Below, in pieces: positions 24,298-38,276 of a stretch of 64,000 bases of DNA (position 1 is its first letter; every line of letters starts with the position of its first letter). Source of the stretch: Eledone cirrhosa (taxonomy: Eukaryota); contig OZ024740.1 in the NCBI GenBank assembly GCA_964016885.1, positions 126,170,001 to 126,234,000 of the forward strand, read 5' to 3'. The notes under the pieces are model-generated. The model was given only the letters and a program-made list of their open reading frames with translations, did not search any database and was not told the DNA's origin. The translations under genes were made by a program, and so were the position numbers.

Positions 24298-27200
24298 ATA
24301 AAAACCAATCTCGTTTGCAGGTATCGCAAAGAACCTGTGGAAACCAGGCTTATAATAAATGAGGAATTACAAGAAGCAAAGAAAATGGTGACGAAAACCG
24401 GACACCGAGCAATCAGCAAGGCAGCCAAAGAATTTTTCGAAACCTAACAACACTGTACGGTCACGTACCGTACAGTAAGCACAAAATCACGTAGGGTTGA
24501 AAGAGCCACAGAGGCTCAAATACAAAAAAGCCTTAGGGTCTGTGTGGCAGCGGAAAACGCATATCACCCGAGGCAAGTAATATGCCACCGTGGAATGTGC
24601 TTTTTGCCACACCCCAGGAGGCAAAGGCTCAATCCTTAGTGACCCTAAGGAGCGTAGAAATTGTGTTGGTGCCCTCCTGCTGCAGGCAAAAATTGTGAGG
24701 GTCAAACTGACCCAAACTCCTCCCAGCCCCACCCCAGGATGGCCCCTTCTTCGCTGGCCGCATCTGTCCTCGTCGGAATCGAGGACAAAACAACCGTACT
24801 GCAAGTACAGAAAAAAGTACGAGAAAATTGGGTCGGCACCTCCATTGAGATGTTAATTCAAACTAACCAGGAGTGCATATCGAAGCTATCCCGGATGTGA
24901 TAGACTTCGATAACGGCACTCAACTTCCCATAAGTGTTGAGGGCAAACGCAGCAGCAGTGGAAGTATTAACAACAACAACTGCAGCTGCAACAGAGACTC
25001 CACTGCAACCATCACCAACAAGAACAAGTGAAAAAGTGGAGCTGGTACCCCTCCCCGACCTCACAGAATCGGACATGGAGTGTGAGGTTGGAGAGGGATG
25101 GCAAAATGTCGCAAGAAGGCACAAACTCAGAAGCAGCGCATCGTCGCCTTCGAAAAGGGAGGAAAGAAATGAAAAAAGGGTGAAGGCTTCTGCAAAGAGA
25201 CTCACAGCAGCAACACCACCAAAACCATCACCACCCACACTAGCACCACCATCACCACCGGCGGCAAGCCCACCGCCAACAGCAACAACACCTTCAACAA
25301 CACCACCACAAGCACCAACATCTCAAACACAACAACAAAACACACACACCCATCAACAACGACAAGAAAATAGCAGGACCACAACCCACCCTCAGAAAAA
25401 GAAATGCACAGCAATAAATGCACACAAGAAACTAATGACTTACATAATTGAACATACAGACATTTCACAGCACGACTACATAATACCAGCACCAATCAAA
25501 ACACCAACGAACATAAGACTGGTAAGAATATTACAGAAACAATACACAAACAGTAAAATGAAATTCCCCAACGCAGTTGGTGATTTCAGAGACCTAGGAG
25601 AGACACTCAACCGGAGAGTATACTCGGTTTACTGACAGAAGAGCCGACGACCAACCGAAGGGACGATTCAACGCTTCCATCACCAGAAGATCAAGGTAAG
25701 TGATCCTTTCTCACTAGCCCCATTCCTCACCCAACATGGCCGTATTCAGGATCGGATGTGTAAACGTTCGTGGCTTGAGCTCGGTTTCAATGCAGGCTCA
25801 TTTGCTTAACGACCTCGGGTCATTAAACATAGATGTGGTGGCCATCAGCGAGACGAGAATCTCCGAAACGCAAGCTTTCGCACAGATCTTCGACGTTACG
25901 AGGTGTACGCATCTTCAAGCCGTCCCGGAGCGGGGGGCGGAGTGGTTGTGTTGTTTCGGAAAGGCTTGGGTCTCGCCATACGGACCATCTTCCTGAACCC
26001 AGAAGGTAAGTCGGTGGTGCTGGACGTAAGCGGCACCGAAGGCAACGCTTTCAGGCTAGTAGCCGTCTATGCCCCGTCAGGGACAGGACGGCCATATTTC
26101 TCTAGACGTCTAGAGACCTTTCTTGGAACGTCCCGCTCTTTAGTGTTAGTGGGCGACTGGAACGGTATCTTGGATGCACGCTGGGATTGTGTGGGGATAA
26201 TGGATAGGGGAGGAGTGTGCAAGAGCCTCACCAACCTGCTCAGACGTTTTGAACTGTCTGTCAGGTATCGACTGGATCACCCGAATGATTCAATGTGGAC
26301 ATGGAGAAACCGCATCGGGCCATCCAGATCGTATCTCGATAGGGTATTCTGCAGAGAACTATATAAGGCTAGTATAAGTTGTCCACAATTTAAAATAGTC
26401 GACTACACAGACCACAAATTTGTGATCTATCAGATCGACATAGACCGACTTCATAGACAAGAACCCGGTCACTGGAAGCTGAACGCGTCTTTCCCGGCAC
26501 GCAAAGTCTACAGATACAGGATTAGCGTATTAGTTAAGCGGGCGTTGACGGGAGCGGTCGTCAACAACAGGTGGTGGTTTGCCCTGAAAAGGGCAATTAA
26601 AGTAGAGTCGATTTGGTTTAGCAAAGGACTAGTGATAGAGGAAAATAGAGTAGAGGGAGTGCTAGTCAGAAAGCTAGAAGAGGCGTTTAGGACAGGCAAC
26701 GCAACCGACGTGCTTGCGGCGAGATTGGCACTCGACCAATTCTTCAACGCAAAACACTAAGGCTGTGTTGTCAGAGCTAGAAGGAAAGCCGTCCAATGGC
26801 CCCTGTTGGCAGAGGTGCGACGTGGCAACAAAGCCACAATTCGGTCTTTGTCTGACCAAAACGGGCGCGTGTTGCTTGAACACGAGCAGATGTGTGAGGC
26901 TTTTCAGCAGCACTTTGCTGAACTGTTCGGAAGCAGCGGCGGGCCGGATCGGGGTATGGACTTCAGTGCAAACCTCGACGGACTGCCTCGGCTCTCGACG
27001 ACCGCAGCACAGTGTTGCGAAAAGCCAATAACAGCCGGTGGAATACGGGAAGCGATGGCTAACTGCACAAGGGGTAAATCGCCAGGTTTGGATGGTCTGC
27101 CCTACGAGCTTTATGCATTTATGCCAGACTTGTTCGGTGACCTCTTGGCAGACGTCTACTGCAACTGGCAACAGAACGGGAGCATTCCCAGTTTTGTGAG

Positions 27201-29416
27201 CCGGGGAGCGATGGTGCTGCTGAGAAAAGACCCGAGCAAGAGGGATGTTATCGATAACTTCAGGCCCATAACTCTGCTAAACCCAGAGTTCAAGATTTTG
27301 GCCAAGGTGTTAGCAACGAGGTTGGCGCTTGTCGTCAAGGGTCTGGTGGGAGAGGCGCATACATGCGCCATTCCGGACAGATCCATACACGACAACCTCC
27401 ACCTCATGCGATACATCATAGAGAGGGTGGTTAAGGAATCTGGCACGGGTGGGGCCCTGATCAACTTGGATCAATCCAAAGCATTCGATAGGGTCGACAA
27501 TCGGTACCTGGCGCCGGTCCTCGAGGCAGCCGGTTTCGCGCCCGTTTTCAGGGGTTGGAGCTGTGCGATGTACAGCGATATCTGCTCAGTTGTGAGGGTG
27601 AACGGTCACCTGTCACAGCCGTTCAGCTTCATGTGCTCGGTCCGCCAGGGTTGTCCCCTCTCCTCCCTCTTGTACGTATTGGCTCTCGAGCCGTTACTGC
27701 ACAAACTGGGGGAGGTGAGGGGCGTCCCACGGGAACTAGGATGCGGGAAATCCGAGTCGGATTACGCCGACGACGTCACCCTCGTGGTGTCGAGCAACGG
27801 ACACGTCCAGATACTCGGCACCGCTCTCAAGGAATACGAAGCGGTGACAGGAGCAAAGATAGACTATGAAAAGTCGGTGGGCTTGCAGCTCGGCACTGGA
27901 GAGGCAAGACCATGCCATCCCCCAGCGTCATGGGGCTTTGGACGGACCAATTCAATTCCTCGGGGTCTGGTTCGGACCGGACATCCAGATGAAGAAAAAC
28001 TGGAGCGAATTGACGAGTAAGGTGGCTTCCCTCACCCAGAAATGGGCCGAGAGGAAGCTGTCCCTGAAAGGTCGGGCGGCGGTGGCGAATGCGTACATCG
28101 CATCCGTCATCTGCTACCGCCTCACCGTCGTCACTTGCCCCGGCGCAACTCTAACCAAAATGGAGCGCCTCCTCTTCCGCTTTTTGTGGAAGGGACGCGC
28201 TCCCATGGTCAGACGATCCATCTGCTGTCAACGCCCGTTGCGTAGAGGACTGGGCATGACATGGCTGATGATGCGCAAACATGCGCTGAGGCTGCGACAT
28301 CTCTGGTGCTCCCTTGACGGTGAACAGGTGTGGTCGCCGTTCGCCAGGCATGTTCTCCTTAGACGGAGCTGCAGTCCTGGGTCAGAAAAAGACTGAGGGA
28401 TAGCGCTTGGAAACTGGAATGTCTCCAGGCGCTCACTGCCCTCTGCCAGCTGGGCACCAGTATCGGTGGAACATCTACCTCGACGTTCTATAGAGGACTA
28501 GTGGAGGGGAAGAGCAACGACGTTCTCGGAGAGATCCTGGGCGTCGAAGAAGATCAGCTGTTTGCTCTCTTCCGGAGAACTTTCAGCCCAGGGCCTATGG
28601 ATAACTTTCAAAAATCCCTGGCCTGGCAGAGCTACCGGGGAACGCTGCCGATTCGAGATAAGCTCTACAGGTACGGAATTGCCGCCAGCCGAGCCTGTCC
28701 GAGATGCGCGCAGAGCGACGAAACCGTCGTGCACGCACTCGTTCAGTGCTCGAGCATTGCTGACTTGTGGAGCTATGTCGAACAGTTGCTGTTGCGTGTA
28801 GGACTGATCCGGTTATCGACTGAGTCCATTGTGAAGATGGTCTCGCCGTCTTCCTTCGAGGAGGAAGGGCAGTCGGTTTTTATCTGCAACGTGGCCATGA
28901 CGAAAGAGATTGTGTGGTGGACAAGGTTAAACGGGTTAAAGACAGACACGTTCCTCTTCGGCGAATCCCTAATTAACTTTTTCACGTTTCACTTGAAGAG
29001 GAAAATCAGGGTGGAGAGGCAAGTGCTGCCTTCTAGCAAGTTTGTTGAAAGGTGGCTGAATGTAGCGAGAATGGTCCGAGTGAACGGGACCGCTCTGAAT
29101 ATACGTCTGTAGTTTGAGAAATGGAAAAATTGAGAGTGGGCGCTTGCCCTGGTGGTCAGGGTGGCCGTGGTCTTTTGTGTGGTTTTCGCCACGAGTAACC
29201 CTCGTTTCCCCCCTATTGGGGAATTTTTCATTGTTTCAATTTTAATTTTTATTGTTTATATATATATATATATGTTTCTATGTCCTTTTTTTTCTTTTCT
29301 TATATAAATAATAAAAATATTTATACGCACAAAACCCACATCGTACCGTCCTGTACCGTCCTGTGCCGTCTGTAATGTTTTTCTTGATGTCAGCCCTTGT
29401 GGCCAATAAAGAAACC
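24298..29416 (+). mobile_element. Tx1 LINE copy B (5'-truncated ORF1a + divergent ORF2b)
   Basis: ORF1 close to copy A but with the zinc knuckle deleted near 24946; ORF2 25736-29112 starts MAVFRIGCVNVRGL; 3' UTR ends gcccttgtggccaataaagaaacc(ATT)n. Confidence 0.9.
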
Positions 29417-29497
29417 ATTATTATTACTACTACTACTACTACTATTATTATTATTATTATTATTATTGTTGTTATTGTTGTTTTTGTTGTTATTGTT

Positions 29498-29800
29498 GCA
29501 AGAATGGTCCGAGTGAATGGGTCTACTCTGTAAATTAAAGGTGGAAAACTGGGAGAGGGCACATATCATGGTGGTCAGGGTCACTGTGGCTTTTTTAATG
29601 GGCTTTCTCCATGAATGTCCCTGGGAAGTCTCCCCCCTATTGGGGATTTTTCATTGTTTCTTTATTTGTTACATCCTCTGATTTTGTTTTTTTTTACCCG
29701 CCGAAATGCCCATTTGTACCGTCCTGTATTGTCCTGTATTGTCCTGTATTGTCCTTAATGTCTTACTTTGTGTAAACCCTTGTGGTTAATAAAGAAAGCA
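29498..29800 (+). mobile_element. short 5'-truncated Tx1 (ORF2a-type) 3' end
   Basis: Matches 43515-43804; flanked by (ATT/GTT)n. Confidence 0.88.
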
Positions 29801-29816
29801 TTATTATTATTATTAT

Positions 29817-30002
29817 AGGGCGGTGGATTGGCAGTATCGGTAGAGGGTCGGACACCATGCTTTCCAGCATAGTTACGTCCCTTTACGATCTAAGTTCAAA
29901 TCCCGCGGAGGTTGACTTTGCCTTTTATCCTTACGGGGTCGATAAAATAAAGTACCAGTAATGCACTGAATAATTGCTGGCCTTGTGCCTAACGTAGAAA
30001 CA
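29817..30002 (+). mobile_element. tRNA-derived SINE, full length, (ATT)n tail
   Basis: gggcggtggattggcagtatcgg..gttcaaatcc..ggggtcgataaaat..ggccttgtgcc..gaaacaatt. Confidence 0.9.
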
Positions 30003-30053
<51 letters not shown>

Positions 30054-33000
30054 GCAGTTGCATTTATCTTGCTTTATGTTCATACGAGTTATCACCAAGT
30101 CACAACCAGTGACCTCAAGAGACAACAAGGTCCGCCATGTTCAAGAAAGAACATACATATTCACACATGCATCTTTAGTGTTTAGACTTGTGATGTACTT
30201 ATATTGACAGAATCTTCCTTAGTATATGGGCAGTTCCCATTAGTACTATCTTTTGTATTTCTCCTATACGCGAGTTTCCTGGGATTTGCGATATCATTAG
30301 ACCCCTTAGGTATCATTCCCAGAGCGCCTACAACCACTGGTATTGTTTTAGTTCTCAATTTCCACATTTTTCCAATTTCTCTCTCCAGGTCCTTATACTT
30401 GCTCAATTTTTCAAATGTTTTTATAGATACATTCTTGTCTATTAGAACAGACATATCAATTAGCAGGCATACCCTCTTTTGAAAGTCTTTCAATATTATA
30501 TCAGGTCTGTTTGCATCTATTTTTCGGTCTGTTTGGATGCTAAAGTTCCACAAGATTGAGATGTGATCTTTTTCAAGTATGGGAGGTGGTTGATGCTCCC
30601 ATCAATTCTTTTGATGGGGCAGGTCAAAATGCTTACACATTATCCAATGTATGTATTGTGCAGCTCTGTCATGCCTGTTTAGGTATTCGGTTGGAGCTAT
30701 AGGACTGCACATTGAAATTATATGGTCAATGGTCTCTGGTTGTTTTTTGCATACACGGCATAATGGGCTGCACCCATTTTTTATTATGTTGGCTTGGTAA
30801 TTTTTTGTTGACAGACACTGATCTTAAGCCGATATAATCAGTCCTTCAGTCTCCGATTTCAGTCCAGAGGATGCCAACCACTGATGGGTTAAAGTTTTGT
30901 CAACATCAGGATTGTTAGCTCGCTCTGGGTATTTTCCATACAGAGGCTTTTCTTGCCATTTCTTAGCCAGTTTCTGTAGCAGTTCTTTCTTTGCAGTTAC
31001 TTTTACCTGCTTTGCTTTTTCTGTGTTTTCCATTTCAGCAGTAAATGGGACTTCTGAAATTTGTAGTCCATTACTGTATCTTTGTGCATCTTTTGTAATG
31101 GAATATGATCTTTTGATGCTTTCGTGTTTCAAAACGAGTTTGATCATCCAATCATGTGATTCCCTTAGATATGTAGATAATCCAATTGTTGCAGCTTTCA
31201 ACGCAATGTTTAACTGGATTAACCCACGTCCTCCTTCTTTCCTAGGGAGATATATTCTATCTATATCTGCCTTATGGTGATGCATTCTGTGCATGGTTAA
31301 GAATTTTCGATTTTTTGTATGGAGCCTACGGATCTCTGTGCTTGACCAGTTGATGACATTGTAACTGTAGGTTACTACTAGTATGGCAAGCGTGTTTATG
31401 GCATCGATCCTATTCCTTGCATTCAATTCCGTTCTTAAGATTGCTCTTACTCTGCGGTAACATTCCTTCCTTATCCTTTCCCTCATTGTCGAGTGCTTGA
31501 TTCCGTCTCCTTCACAAACACCTAGATATTTGTAAGTTTTTTCTTGATCAAGTTCTCTTATCACGTTCCCCCGATCAAGATTAATGTCTGAACTCTTCAG
31601 CAGCTTTCCTCTGGTGAACGTTGCTTTGGCGCATTTATCTAGTCCAAACTCCATTTTAATGTCATCACTGAACTGCTTCACAGTGGATAATAGCCCTTGC
31701 AATTGTTCATCATTTTTTGCAAATAGTTTCAGGTCATCCATGTAGAACAGGTGATTAATGGTTTTGTCATAGACTTTATATCCATGTTTTGTTTCATTGA
31801 GCATTTTACTTAATGGTATAAGTGCGATGCAGAATAAAAGCGGTGATAAAGAGTCACCCTGAAAAATTCCACAATTAATATTAACTTCGCCAGCTTCCAG
31901 TGATTTTGTTTCAAAAGGAGTGTCGTTTTCCATGTCTTCATACTGAATGACAAAAACCTCCTGACAACGGGGGATATTTTGAAAATCTCTAAACATTTTT
32001 CAATCCAACTGTGTGGCAAACTATCGAATGCTTTTTTATAATCTATCCAAGCAATCGATAGATTTTTATGTCTATTATGACAATCTTCCAGTATCATTTT
32101 GTTAACCAGAAGCTGATCCTTACAGCCATATGAGCCTCGTTTACACCCTTTCTGCTCAATGGGAAATAGGTCATTTGTTATCAGGTGGTCATATGTATAT
32201 TCAGTTAGGACTGATGTTAAAATTTTATACATTGTGGTCAAGCAAGTTATCGGTCTGTAATTTTTGGGATTGTTTGTCTCATCATTCTTCGGAAGCAGGA
32301 ATGTAAGCCGTTAACTAGCCATGAAGGTATCTTTTCTGGCTCCTTAACTATTTCATTGTAAAGTTGGGCTAACAGCTCATGAGACTCTGTGAAGGCATTT
32401 ATCCAAAAGTTTTGTATTTTGTCTTTTCCTGGGGATTTCCATTTGCTGGTTTTTCTTAGAGCCAAGCGCAACTGTTCAACTGTTATATTTTCCCATGTTT
32501 GTTCCTCAAGGTGAGCTGTATCTTTCATTTGTCTGTCTATCCATGGGGCATGTATGTTATGAACTTTTTCTTCGGCCCAGATCTTTTCCCAGAATTCTTG
32601 CACTTCCTCCTTGGGTGGTATTGATTTAGCAGTTATTGTTGACTTACCAATTTTTCTGTAGAAGTTTCTTTGGTTGTTTTTGAACATATTATTGTCCTTA
32701 TAGAATCTAGATCGTTTTTCAAAGCGCCTTATACGAGCAGCTTTGGCCGACACTTTTTGCTTGATTATTTCTATCAGCATGTCTATGTCACATGTTGATT
32801 TTATACTGTACTTTTTTTTCAATTTTCTAAGTTTAGTTTGTTTAACATGTTCACCTACTTTATAGTTTGTTAACATTTCTATGTCAGATCGGAGAAGGTT
32901 TATTTGGCGATTGATGTTCTCTTGCCAAGTAGATTTCTTGTGGGAATTCCTTTGTTTTTTCATCTTCACTCCACATAAGTGAGTGGTGACTTTAGCCGAT

Positions 33001-33722
33001 ACATAATAGAGATGATTTAAATCAGTAATGTTTAGTTTGTTTGTGATGATAATGTTTTTGAGAATTATGTTAGTCTTGTGTATTATCTTTTGGTTCTGTT
33101 TGGAGTTCTGGATCTTAGGGAGGGTGTCTCGTTGCCCCATGTCAGATTCTTTCATTTTCATCCATTCGATCATAATTTCATTCTTCAAGTTGGCAAGTTC
33201 ATTCTCATTCATTTCTTTATCATTTACGATCTCATTATTTTCATTTGGAGTTTCATCCTGAGCATGCACTCCCTCCACTTTTTCGATCCTTTCTTTAATT
33301 TGTTCTGTTGCCAGTGATTCCGCCCCAACCCTGGGATTCGAAGTGTTACAGTTTACCTCGTTTTCACTGACACATGTTTCATTTTCCCTTCGCTGACTTT
33401 GTGCTAATAGCTTGATCTGATCAATTTCTATATCAGTTAGTAACTTTTTTCTTACAATATTTCTTCGTATATTGGCTAGTTTGTTACTGTCAATATAGCC
33501 TCTGTTTTCAGGATGTTTCTTTTTCCAGTTGATATATGTCTGTTCTGTATTCGATGTATTTGATGGGTAGTACATGGCAGTGTAGAAAGCCTCAAAGACT
33601 TCTTTATTATCTTCCCTTGACCATTTTTCTCTCTTTTTCTTTGGATTTCTTGGTGGTGAGCATGGAGGGCCAACAGTAGGAGTATTCCGGTTATGGGAGG
33701 TCTCCAGCTCCGAAGTGATGGG
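30054..33722 (-). mobile_element. second R4/Dong-clade family (RLE2), nearly complete ORF with frameshifts
   Basis: KWSREDNKEV N-domain, [58 protein letters not shown]; 3' end at (ATT)n. Confidence 0.9.
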
Positions 33723-36700
33723 CCAAAAAGCGTGGCGGGGCCAATTTTTTTACCATCCCTGGAAATTTGTTGAGATAGTACCTAGTGCGCCTATGACAAT
33801 CGGGACCACTTTGACTTCATGGCAGTTCCAAATCCTTTTTACCTCCCACTTTATGTCCTGGTATCTGTTAATTTTCTCCCTCTCCTTCTCTTGCACTCTC
33901 GTGTCGAATGGGCAGGCCACATCCACAATCAGGCACGATCTTTTTTCCTTGTCCAATACCACCAGGTCAGGTCTATTGTGTTCCAGTTTCTTGTCCGTCT
34001 GTATCCTAAAATCCCATAGCACCTTCACCTGATCGTTTTCTATCACCGACTCTGGCTTATGCTCATACCACTTCTCAGAATGTGGTAAATTGTTTATTTG
34101 CATAGGTGCCAGTGGATCACCCTGCCCATCACATCATGTTTCCAGCCTATATATTGAGTCTGGGCTAGGTGTTTACACTTGGATACATTGTGAGCCACAG
34201 TCTCCTCTCTCTCTCCACATATCCTGCACAGTGGGCTAGCCTCCTCCCTGTAAATATGGTATTTCAACCACTTCGTTTTGAGGGCCTGCTCTTGCGTAGC
34301 CATTAGCATTCCTTCTGTAGCCTTTTTAATGTCTCCTCTTTTCAACCTGTTCCATGTCTGTGGATCTCTGAATTCAGTTTTCTCAAAGAAGGTAATAAGA
34401 AGGGATTTTTCATGAAGGCTGCTCTTTCTCCTTGTTGTTATTTCCTCCTTGGACATCCCCTGGTCTATTGTCCTTCAGTACAATTCTGAGCATTGGCTCC
34501 TTACTATCAGTCACGTATTTGTGTAGGTTGTTTTTCTCCATCTGAACACAGTCCTCTATGCTGATAAGACCTCTTCCACCTTCAGATCTCCTTAAGTAGA
34601 GTCTATCGACATCACTTCTCTTGTGGAACATGTTGTAGATAGTCAATAGCTTCCTAGTATTCCTATCCATTTCTTTTTGTTCAGCAACATTCCATCTCAG
34701 AATTACCGCACTGTACCTAATAATAGACACAGCTCGGGAATGTACTGCACTTATGGCATTCCTACTGTTCAGATGTGACTTCAATACGCTCCTTACTCTC
34801 CGAATGTATTCAGATCTTAGCAATTCCTTCATTTTGTTGTTCTTGATGTCATCAGCCTCCAGAACACCCAGATACTTGTATCCTTCTTCAGTGTCAATTT
34901 CCTTTATCATCTCACCTGTTGGTACCTGGATTCCGTTGCTTCTGCTCAATTTACCCCCTCTTCATTACAAGGACTCCACATTTACTAATACCAAATTGCA
35001 TACATATATCATTGCTGAAAATACGGACAGTGTCAACAAGCACATCCAACTCCTTCTCACTCTTGCCGAAGAGCTTAAGATCGTCCATGAAGAGGAGGTG
35101 ATTGATGGTAAGCTCTCCCTTACCCAACTTGTATCCTGCTCTCACTTTTCGCAGTATAATGGTCAGGGGCATCAGGGCAAGGACAAGCAACATAGGGGAC
35201 AGACTATCTCCCTGGAAGATACCTCTCTTGATCTTCACGTCTCCCAAGGATGCTCCAGCTGATGTTAACTCTGTTTTCCAGGACTTCATACTTTTTCCCA
35301 ACAACTGCCTGATGTCATCTGCCACCTTGAAGATCTCTAGGCTTTTGGTGATCCAAGAATGAGGCACCATATCAAATGCCTTTTTGTATTCTATCCATCC
35401 CATGGCAAGACCAGGGTGTCTCCTCTTGCAATTCCTCATTACCATCTTATCAATAAGTAACTGGTCCTTTGTACCACGGGACTTCTTTCGGCATCCTTTC
35501 TGTTCGTCCGGTAACAAGTTGTTTGTGTGGAGGTGATGGTAGATTTCCTCAGACATAATGCTTGTCAACATGTGTTAGGTCTATAGTTGGTAACATCATT
35601 ACCCTTGATTCGGTCTTTCATTACTAGAACTGTGGTACCTTTTGTCAACCACTCTGGTACCTCACCTGACATCAAGCAGTCATTGAACATGGTTGTCAGT
35701 TTCGGGTGGAGAGATATTATATTTTTAATCCAATACCCCTGCACACCATCTGGGCCTGGTGATTTCCAGTTGGTTAGTTTTCTGGCCTGCCCCTTAAGAG
35801 TTTCAACTGTGATACTCAAATCAATTTGTTGGTGTGCCTGTTCACTAATCTCCTTTTGTACTGTCTCAATCAACACTGCCTGGTCATTATGTTTAACATC
35901 CTGCGCCCATATTCCTCTCCAGAATGTCTTAGTTTGTTCCGCCCCAGGGATCAAGTCGTTGCCTCTTTCTTTCCCTTCAAGCTGTCCAAACAACTTCTTC
36001 TGGTTGTTGTCAAACATGCGGTTCTGTCCACACTGACTGACTCTGCTCTCGTATCGCTTAATTTTTGCACTCTTTGCTACAATGCGTTGCTTCAGTTCCT
36101 CTATGATAATATTTAGTTTTGTACTTTATTTCCAGTCTATTTTTAGTGTCTATGTTTTATAGTGTCCCATTCAGTAGGGACTTAAGCTTTCCAATGTCAT
36201 TTCTCATTACTCTGATTTGACCATTCAGTCATTTCTTCCACCAAGGTTCTGATCTTTCTTGTTTGTTGTTTCCTCTCGCTTTTATGTCAAGTAATTTCCT
36301 CACCGCCTTTTCTGTTGCTTTGAGTATATTGTTGCACTGGTGAAGGCTCCTCGCCTCAAGGTATGGGATGACTTTGTTTACCTTAGCTGTTGTTTCTTTT
36401 AACTTTTTCCTGTCTACAAATCTTAGGTTCAAAGGTTTCCCACTATCATTGTTCAATTCATCTACCACTAAGTTTAGGATATCAACCAAATCTTGTCCTA
36501 GCCCGTCAGCATTCATCTCCCCAATGGCCGTATCTTTGTTCCAGGTATTATTTATTTCAGCATTCAGATCATTGTCTGCTTCGGTTGGTTCCTCCGTTCT
36601 CACAACCTCTTCACCTTCATTTCCTACTGGCTCGCTTGCCTGGCATACTCCATTCTCGATTTCCAACCTAATCTCGCTGCTCAGTTCCTCCAGTTCCAGC

Positions 36701-37845
36701 TCGCTTATCCACCCATTAGTTCCTATTACCCGAGCCTGCCCGGCCAATTTTTGTTCATATAATTTAAATAGACCAATCTCGTTCCAGAGGTTATGCATCC
36801 GTTTCCTATAGCCTTTCTCCTTGGGGTTACTCTTCAGGTAACATTGCATAACAGTTCTATTCAATTCTTTCGTCCACTTGGTTCTGGTCCCTTTCCTTCT
36901 TCTTCCTCCGACACCAGCAGTATTTGGTTGACAGCCAGGTCCCTGCTGCTGATCCAGGGAGCACCTGCTGGGTAAGAGTCTGTCACATGACATTCCAGTC
37001 TCCACTTCACGATTATTCGAACTGTTTAGGTTCGACATTTAAACACTCATATCGAGGATTGGTGAATGTATGGTTACATAACCACCGGTGATTTCATCAC
37101 CCCCGGTGATTTTAGCGTGGCACTATCACGCTGTAGACGAACATATATAAACAAACAAACAAATAAGTAAAAACCTTCCAAAAAAGAATAAGCATAAGTT
37201 TCATTGTAATGTAATGTTTGAATGTCTGACTTAGTTCTTTATTTTTTTTCTTCTCTGTCTGTTTTTCTTTTCATTTTTCTTTTCTTTACGTTTTTCGTTG
37301 CTGCTGTGCTCTTTTGATTTTGACTTGGTTTTTTGATTTTTTGAACTGGTCATCAAATCAGTCTATTTATATCTTTTGATGCCTTCCTCTTTTAGTGGGG
37401 TAACTACGATGCATGTCTTAGCCGGGGGTAGTGGGAGAGAATAGCGGCGGTAGTGATAATGAGGCAGTGGTGGTGGTGATGTGATCGTAGTACAGTAGTG
37501 ATGGTGTTGAAGTTGAAGTAGAAATAGAAGTTGAGGTAACTTGACTAGAGATTTTGGCCTGGTAGTGGTGATGGTGGCGGTGGTGGTGTTGGTGGTGAAA
37601 TTATTTGCCTGTCTGTCCACTTAGCCATTTTGCCATTTTTCTCTTTTTCGACTATGACATTTCTGATCCAAAATTAAATATTAAATATTGGGGCCCTATG
37701 CCGTAATGTGATGCGTTGTGGCTTGCTGAGCGTTAAAACTGTAATCTTATACTTCAGTTGTAATAAGAATTATTCTATCACAGTTGTTTTAAATAAGTAA
37801 AAAAATCAAAAACTTACGGGAGCGATTCCATAACGATATATCCAA
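33723..37845 (-). mobile_element. RLE1 R4/Dong element, near full length (missing last codons and 3' UTR), decayed
   Basis: ORF pieces 36229-37038, 35565-36017, 34951-35571, 34410-34949, 34094-34456, 33750-34103; 3' part close to 10009-11802; 5' end at (ATT)n. Confidence 0.92.
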
Positions 37846-37878
37846 ATTATTATTATTATTATTATATTTATATATTTA

Positions 37879-37933
<55 letters not shown>
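37846..37933. repeat. (ATT)n tract separating head-to-head RLE1 and Tx1
   Basis: direct reading. Confidence 0.95.
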
Positions 37934-38276
37934 GGCGACCTACGTAGTAAATCGTATCATCGTGAGCTCCGCAAAGGTTTGTTATTTCCGTTTGTTAAAA
38001 ATTGCCATTTATGGAAAATTTTATTGTTAAGTGTTTATAAGCACACATACATTGTTTTCCGAAAAGGACACCCAAAAAGATTGGGGCCTTGTGCCCAAAA
38101 TTTTAACTTTTATTATTATCCAAAAATTTCTTTAAAAAAAAATCGCTAATTCCCCTCTGCACGAAGCAGCTGAAAGCCTTCCTCACAAAATAACACCTCA
38201 CACTGACACCACCATTGTAAATGTTACTACATTTGCCAACACAAAAAAAAATATAAGCAGTAGCAATATTTTAAAT

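Noticed and set aside
23880-24300. Twin-priming 5' inversion of Tx1-B
   Set aside because: The inverted piece is from ORF2a, not the sequence immediately upstream of B's truncation point.
29700-29760. Repeated ctgtattgtc units as a CRISPR-like array
   Set aside because: Short tandem repeat in the Tx1 3' UTR, no spacers, eukaryotic context.
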